Assembly: GCA_944371305.1 (NCBI GenBank)
Contig: CALVXM010000002.1
Coordinates: forward strand, 34,661 to 98,660
Reading direction: 5' to 3'
Source of the DNA: an uncultured Bacilli bacterium
GTDB lineage: Bacteria > Bacillota_I > Bacilli_A > RF39 > UBA660
DNA: 64,000 bases
The notes below the pieces were generated by a model, which did not search any database, was not told where the DNA came from, and saw nothing but the letters and a program-made list of their open reading frames with translations. Positions 58,874 through 64,000 of the stretch are shown here, piece by piece; position 1 is the first letter of the stretch, and each line of letters opens with the position of its first letter. Both the position numbers and the translations under genes were made by a program.

Positions 58874-59785
58874 TTAAAATTTTTTTATTTTAACATCTTG
58901 ATAATAATGTTTTAAAATTTCATCATATTTATATCCTTCTAAAGCCATTCCTTGCGCACCATATTGACTCATTCCCACACCATGTCCGTAACCTTTAGTT
59001 ACAATATGAACTTTATCATTATTTTGATTAATCGTAAAATGATTTGATTTTAGTTCTAATTTATTTACAACTTCACTACCATCAAATAATTTGTTGTTAA
59101 TTTTTATTTTTTTTATTCGACCGGTACTAGTTTTATCAATTACTTCTAAATTTACTTTATCATTATAACCTAAATCTAATTTTTGATAAAAATCTTTTAA
59201 ATCAAAATTATAATTAACCTCATAAACTGGAGAAATTTCATCCCATTTTGATTCGACACTTCTTAAATATGGTACTTCGTTAGGAAATACTTCTTCACTA
59301 TTTTCAGTAAAACCAACGCTAGTAGAAAAAAACATGGCATCAACCACCTTACCATCATATTCTAAATACTCGTTATGAGTTTCTAAGACAGCTTTTTTAA
59401 TTTTATTAATATTATTATTATAGTCATCTTTCCAAACTGCTCTTAAGTGTTCATCATCTAAATAAACTTGATTAAGAACTGTGTCTACCACATCATAAAC
59501 TTTATCTTTGTTATATTCCATTTTTTTCATGACATAACTTCTTGCCGCAACAGCTTGAGCTTTTAAAGCCTCTATTTCAAATGAAATAGGCATTTCTCCA
59601 GCTAAAACACCCACAATATAATCTTCAAAAGGAATTTTAATAACCTCTTCACTATCTGTTTGTTTTACTCTAACTACCATATTAGATGAATATTTAAATT
59701 TTATATTTTCTTCCTTTATAAATAAACTAACAATAATATAAGGAATGAAAATAATTAAGCAAGTTAAAAGCAGTATTTTTTTCAT
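58874..59785 (-). CDS. spoIID: Stage II sporulation protein D
   Basis: Signal/TM N-terminus and SpoIID/LytB-domain motifs (ALKAQAVAARSY; GHGVGMSQYGA). Confidence 0.85.
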   Translation of the reverse strand: MKKILLLTCLIIFIPYIIVSLFIKEENIKFKYSSNMVVRVKQTDSEEVIKIPFEDYIVGVLAGEMPISFEIEALKAQAVAARSYVMKKMEYNKDKVYDVVDTVLNQVYLDDEHLRAVWKDDYNNNINKIKKAVLETHNEYLEYDGKVVDAMFFSTSVGFTENSEEVFPNEVPYLRSVESKWDEISPVYEVNYNFDLKDFYQKLDLGYNDKVNLEVIDKTSTGRIKKIKINNKLFDGSEVVNKLELKSNHFTINQNNDKVHIVTKGYGHGVGMSQYGAQGMALEGYKYDEILKHYYQDVKIKKF

Positions 59786-59821
59786 AATATCATCTCCAAT
59801 ATTAAAATACTGCCATCTACA

Positions 59822-60022
59822 TTAAATTATACGCGTTGAAATGAAAAAATCATATAAAAAGTTAACGACTAAATACGACAAAGCCATCGATAAAAAAATA
59901 AATAAAAATCTTGCTTGATAATAGCGATTTTTTTTAAATACGTTTTGAATATTTATACTTTCAAGTGCTAACATGGAAAATGGTAAAATTAATATATAAA
60001 GAAATGTTTTAATACTCATCAA
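59822..60022 (-). CDS. Hypothetical small membrane protein
   Basis: 66-aa ORF with two hydrophobic helices, overlapping the rpiB stop; weak evidence. Confidence 0.25.
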   Translation of the reverse strand: MMSIKTFLYILILPFSMLALESINIQNVFKKNRYYQARFLFIFLSMALSYLVVNFLYDFFISTRII

Positions 60023-60440
60023 TCATCGCAACCCTTCTTTGATGTTTTTCTTCATTTGAAAATTCTGTATTTAAAAATGTATCTATAATTTCTTCATAAT
60101 TTTTAGTTTTTTCACTCAAGGCTAATACATTACTGTTATTATGCAATCTAGCTAAATATGCTTCTTCTATATCAGATACCTTCGCACATCTTACTCCTTT
60201 TACTTTGTTACAAGCAATACTCATACCAATTCCCGTTCCGCATATTAAAATTCCTAAATCGATTTTTTTGTCTCTAATATCTTCTCCAACCCTAAAGGCA
60301 AATTGAGGATAATCAACACTTTCAATAGAATTAGTACCATAATCAATTAATTGATAATTATCCTGTAAATGTTTTTTTATTTTTTCTTTTAAAATAACAC
60401 CTCTATGATCACTAGCAATTCCTATTTTCATCTTCTTCAC
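60009..60440 (-). CDS. rpiB: Ribose-5-phosphate isomerase B
   Basis: RpiB/LacAB fold with GIASDHRG and GILICGTGIGMSIAANK-like motifs. Confidence 0.9.
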   Translation of the reverse strand: MKKMKIGIASDHRGVILKEKIKKHLQDNYQLIDYGTNSIESVDYPQFAFRVGEDIRDKKIDLGILICGTGIGMSIACNKVKGVRCAKVSDIEEAYLARLHNNSNVLALSEKTKNYEEIIDTFLNTEFSNEEKHQRRVAMIDEY

Positions 60441-60487
60441 CTCTTATTTAAGCTAATAATTCAAATCATTATAAAAATATTATAGCA

Positions 60488-60512
60488 TAAAAAAACCGCT
60501 ATTAAGCAGTTT
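60488..60512 (-). terminator. Intrinsic terminator of rpmE
   Basis: AACUGC-uuaaua-GCGGUU hairpin with one G-U pair, overlapping the stop and followed by a U7 run on the minus strand. Confidence 0.55.
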
Positions 60513-60717
60513 TATCTTGGTTAAGACCATATTTACGGTTAAACTTCTCAACACGACCGGTTTTAACAACTGTACCTTGTTTACCAGTAAAAAATGGATG
60601 ACATTTATCACAAACTTCTAAGTGAATTTCAGGTTTGTTTGATCTTACTGTGAATGTATTTCCACATGCACAAGTTACTTTTGTCTCCATATATTCTGGA
60701 TGAATACCTTTTTTCAT
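60502..60717 (-). CDS. rpmE: 50S ribosomal protein L31 (Zn-ribbon type)
   Basis: MKKGIHPEY... with Cys ligands CxC...CxxC; 71 aa. Confidence 0.95.
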   Translation of the reverse strand: MKKGIHPEYMETKVTCACGNTFTVRSNKPEIHLEVCDKCHPFFTGKQGTVVKTGRVEKFNRKYGLNQDKTA

Positions 60718-60800
60718 AACTAATATCTCCTTCCGCCATGACTAAACTAAGTCATAGAAATTTAATGCCTTTATATTATAACAAAGAAAAACGATAAAAA

Positions 60801-61520
60801 TCAAGCTTTTTTATCAATTTTTTCATCAATCAAACTAATTATCTTATTAGCTATCATTTCATATCCTAGTTTATTTGGAAACGAACAATTATAGTCATCA
60901 AAATATTTATCATCTTTTAGATCTTCATAAACATCTAAATAAGTAATGTTATAATTTGTTGCAATTTTTTCAATAATATCATTAGCGTACAAAAAGAAAT
61001 CATTTAACTCATCTTCATTTAAGTAATTATAAAAACCAATAAATATTATATCTTCTTTACTATATTCACGTAATAATTTAAACAAATTTTCTAAATCTGT
61101 AGATACTTGTTCAAATTTTCTGTATAAATCTTGCATACCAAAATCATTATTAAAAGTAATATTACTAAACAAATCATTTATTCCTATTGACAAAGTTATA
61201 ATATCAGCTTTAATTAAAGCATTTTGCATTGTTTTTTCTTTATTATCTACCATTACTTTAACATTATCAGTTATATCTTTTATAATATCAATAGTTCTTT
61301 TATTATTATTTGCTAAATTAACATAATTTTTTAATTTTTTATTAGAACTCAAATAATCCTTAATAAAATCAGAATAGCCATAATCATTATTACCATATGA
61401 ATTGACGCCATTAGCTAAAGAATCACCTAAAGATAAATAATATATATCTTTATCCTTAAAACCTAAATAAATTAAAAATACTGCCAAAAAAACAATAATA
61501 ACTGTTAAAATTTTTTTCAT
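60801..61520 (-). CDS. Secreted SGNH/GDSL-family hydrolase
   Basis: Signal anchor and the GDSL block YYLSLGDSLANG; a catalytic D..H lies near the C-terminus. Confidence 0.75.
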   Translation of the reverse strand: MKKILTVIIVFLAVFLIYLGFKDKDIYYLSLGDSLANGVNSYGNNDYGYSDFIKDYLSSNKKLKNYVNLANNNKRTIDIIKDITDNVKVMVDNKEKTMQNALIKADIITLSIGINDLFSNITFNNDFGMQDLYRKFEQVSTDLENLFKLLREYSKEDIIFIGFYNYLNEDELNDFFLYANDIIEKIATNYNITYLDVYEDLKDDKYFDDYNCSFPNKLGYEMIANKIISLIDEKIDKKA

Positions 61521-61577
61521 AATTTCCTCCTAAAAAAAGTAGATTTCTCTACTTAATTATATTATTTAACAGTTAAA

Positions 61578-62843
61578 TTATTCATCAACTAAATTAATAT
61601 CAGCTCCAACTTTTTGCAATTTTTGAATGATATTTTCGTAACCTCTTAAAATATGATCAACTTCTTTTATAACAGTTAATCCTTTTGCTTTAAGTCCAGC
61701 TAAAACTAAACAAGCTCCAGCTCTTAAATCAGTAGCGATTACCTCTTTACCACTTAATTGTTTTGGCCCTTTTATATATATCTTTCTACCATCAACTACA
61801 ATATCAGCGCCCATTTCATTTAAAAATGCGACATTTTGGAATCTATTTTCATAAACTGTTTCCTCCAAGATTGAAATCCCGCTACATCCAATTAATAAAG
61901 ATGTAATCGGTTGTTGTAAATCGGTTGGGAACCCAGGATAGCCAAGAGTTCTAATGTTTACTGGTTTCATATTATCGGTTTTAGAAACAATTAAATAATC
62001 GTCATATATTTGAAGAGGAACTCCCATTTCTTTTAATTTTAAAGTTAATGATTCAATATGTTCAGGAATAATATTTTCAATTTTTAAATCATTACCCATT
62101 AAAGCACCAGCAATCACATAAGTACCAGCTTCGATACGATCAGGTATTACCTCAGTAAATCCGTTATTTAATTTATCGACACCAATTATTTTTATTTCAC
62201 TAGTTCCAGCTCCAGTTATCTTAGCACCCATATTGTTTAAAAATGTTGCTACATTAACTATTTCTGGTTCTTTAGCGGCATTATCGATAATTGTTTTCCC
62301 AGAAGCCTTTACAGCAGCTAACATAATATTAATAGTAGCACCAACACTAGGAACATCCAAATAAATATTATTGCCTTTTAAATTCTCAGCGGTAATTATA
62401 TATTTATTACCTTTTTCGATAACATTCGCTCCCAATGCTTCAAATCCTTTTAAGTGTAAATTTATCGGTCTTGCGCCGATTGAACATCCTCCTGGAAAAT
62501 AAATTTCAACTTTTTTATATTTACCTAAAAGTGCCCCCATGAAGTAATATGAAGCACGTAATTTTTTTGCTTTTGATTCTGGTATTTCTTTATTTTCTAA
62601 ATTAGTCTGATCGATAATCATTTTATCATTTTCTCTAGTAACTTTAGCACCGAGATATTCTAAAATTTCATTTAATGCCGTAATATCTGAAATGTTTGGT
62701 ACATTATCGATAGTGACAACCCCATCCGATAAAAGTGAGGCGGGAACTAGAGCGACCGCACTATTTTTAGCGCCACTAATTTTTATGCTTCCTATAAGAT
62801 CTTTTCCTCCATTTATTTTTATTTTTTTCATAAAATCCTCCAC
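61578..62843 (-). CDS. murA: UDP-N-acetylglucosamine 1-carboxyvinyltransferase
   Basis: 421 aa EPT fold with the active-site Cys loop (PGGCSIGARPI). Confidence 0.95.
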   Translation of the reverse strand: MEDFMKKIKINGGKDLIGSIKISGAKNSAVALVPASLLSDGVVTIDNVPNISDITALNEILEYLGAKVTRENDKMIIDQTNLENKEIPESKAKKLRASYYFMGALLGKYKKVEIYFPGGCSIGARPINLHLKGFEALGANVIEKGNKYIITAENLKGNNIYLDVPSVGATINIMLAAVKASGKTIIDNAAKEPEIVNVATFLNNMGAKITGAGTSEIKIIGVDKLNNGFTEVIPDRIEAGTYVIAGALMGNDLKIENIIPEHIESLTLKLKEMGVPLQIYDDYLIVSKTDNMKPVNIRTLGYPGFPTDLQQPITSLLIGCSGISILEETVYENRFQNVAFLNEMGADIVVDGRKIYIKGPKQLSGKEVIATDLRAGACLVLAGLKAKGLTVIKEVDHILRGYENIIQKLQKVGADINLVDE

Positions 62844-62861
62844 TACTATATATTAGTTTTT

Positions 62862-63713
62862 TTATGCTTTGTTGTTACTACCAAAAAGCATAATTTTACT
62901 TTCAATCATTGCTTTAATATTTTTCTCACCACTTTTAATAATTTTTCGAGGATCATATACTTTTAAATCATCATTTAAAAATTGTCTTACTCCTTTTGAC
63001 CAAGCAATTTGTAATTCCGTATTTATATTTATTTTACAAATACCACAACTAATTGCTTTTTTTATTAAATCATCAGGAATTCCTGAGCCTCCATGTAATA
63101 CCATTGGTGAATTAATCAAATCATGAATTTCTACCATTCGATGGAAATCTAATTTAGGCTCACCTTTATATATACCATGGACACTACCTAAAGCTGGCGC
63201 TAAAAAATCAATATTAGTTTCATTAAATAATTTTAAAGCATCTTCCACTTTAGCATAAGCAAGCTCATCGGCAACACCATCTTCTTCACCACCAACAGCT
63301 CCTACTTCTGCTTCGACAGTTATATTTTTAGTTCTTGCATAATCAGTAACTTGTTTAGTAATTTTAATATTATCTTCTACTTTATATTTAGAAGCATCAA
63401 TCATAACAGATGTAAATCCCGCATTGATAGCTTTAATACAATTTTCAAAAGAACTTCCATGATCTAAATGAATAGCCACTGGAATAGTTATACCTAAAAA
63501 TTCAACTAAATTTTTAACCATATCCGCAACAGTTTGAAATCCACCCATATATTTAGCTGCACCTTCGCTTACACCTAAAATTACTGGGCTTTTTAATCGC
63601 TCACATTCTTCTAATATAAATCTTGTCCACTCTAAATTGTTAATATTAAATTGTGGAACCGCATATTTTTCAGCCTCTGCTTTTAAAAGCATTGCCTTCA
63701 TATTATCTATCAT
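62862..63713 (-). CDS. fba: Class II fructose-bisphosphate aldolase
   Basis: 283 aa with TIM-barrel Zn ligands (HLDHG, GSVHG) and a VPQFNINNLEW N-terminal block. Confidence 0.9.
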   Translation of the reverse strand: MIDNMKAMLLKAEAEKYAVPQFNINNLEWTRFILEECERLKSPVILGVSEGAAKYMGGFQTVADMVKNLVEFLGITIPVAIHLDHGSSFENCIKAINAGFTSVMIDASKYKVEDNIKITKQVTDYARTKNITVEAEVGAVGGEEDGVADELAYAKVEDALKLFNETNIDFLAPALGSVHGIYKGEPKLDFHRMVEIHDLINSPMVLHGGSGIPDDLIKKAISCGICKININTELQIAWSKGVRQFLNDDLKVYDPRKIIKSGEKNIKAMIESKIMLFGSNNKA

Positions 63714-63779
63714 CTTATCACCAATTTAATTATATAGTTTTTTTAAAATAAAATCAAGAAATTAATGTCAACATCTTTT

Positions 63780-64000
63780 TTAAAACAAATAAACAATACC
63801 AATAATAATTAAGACAATCCCGCCTAAAATAGTAGAGCTTTTACCAACAATATTATTTATTTTTTTTCCTAATTTCAATCCAAAATAAGTGAATAAAAAA
63901 CTAAAAATCGAAAAAGTTATCGCACTTAAAGCAATATTATTACTAATTACTTTTAAACCAATACCAACTGAAAAACTATCAATACTGACAGCCAAACCAA
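63780..64000 (-). CDS. YtaF/MntP-like (DUF204) membrane protein, C-terminal part; gene continues past window end
   Basis: The C-terminal 71 aa are hydrophobic, with the pattern of the sporulation protein YtaF/MntP family. Partial. Confidence 0.4.
   Translation of the reverse strand, partial: GLAVSIDSFSVGIGLKVISNNIALSAITFSIFSFLFTYFGLKLGKKINNIVGKSSTILGGIVLIIIGIVYLF

Noticed and set aside
1-64000. Possibility that the organism is a Mollicute using TGA as Trp (code 4), given ~25% GC
   Set aside because: prfB with an in-frame TGA frameshift site is present. Sporulation genes and typical Firmicutes RBSs are abundant. All conserved genes translate as full-length ORFs with TGA as a stop.
1-64000. 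CRISPR arrays, IS elements or transposases
   Set aside because: No regularly spaced direct repeats and no transposase- or integrase-like ORFs were seen. Repeats are limited to terminator palindromes and homopolymer runs.

Overview
This is a very AT-rich window from a low-GC, endospore-forming, anaerobic Firmicutes chromosome (Clostridia/Erysipelotrichia-like); GC looks like the mid-20s percent by eye and was not computed. Supporting genes: spo0A, spoIIID, spoIID, spmA/spmB, dacB, two alpha/beta-type SASPs, cotJB/cotJC, nrdDG and desulfoferrodoxin. The genetic code is standard (table 11), not the Mollicutes code 4: prfB carries the classic in-frame TGA with a +1 frameshift site (CTT TGA) and an upstream AGGGGG. 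Coding density is high and mostly on the minus strand. Housekeeping content includes recG, ftsEX, prfB, nrdDG, gap-pgk-tpi (interrupted by inserted genes), clpP, thiI, ezrA, rpsD, rluB, clpB (lacks the N domain and is preceded by a CIRCE element), ddl, mbl, rpiB, rpmE, murA and fba. The most unusual region is a ~3.8 kb islet beside the 3' end of a tRNA-His gene (about 48.27-52.05 kb). It carries a tightly coupled three-gene operon: a small protein with a predicted Met-Gly N-terminus, a QueC-like PP-loop ATPase (QatC/Cap9-type, 428 aa) and an unrecognisable 211-aa protein. The arrangement resembles QueC-dependent antiphage systems (Qat / type IV CBASS 'deazaguanylation' logic), but there is no QatA ATPase, TatD nuclease, CD-NTase or TGT partner, so it looks like an undescribed minimal variant. 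Other notable items: nrdD is interrupted by a single in-frame TAG immediately before its glycyl-radical motif, and the downstream fragment has its own RBS; a promoter-hairpin-terminator leader sits upstream of a P-type ATPase; a LamG-domain type IV pilin-like gene lies between gap and pgk, and a glycosyltransferase plus a flippase-like gene lie between pgk and tpi; cotJA appears fused to cotJB. All coordinates come from manual reading of the sequence and the supplied ORF track; no database searches were run.
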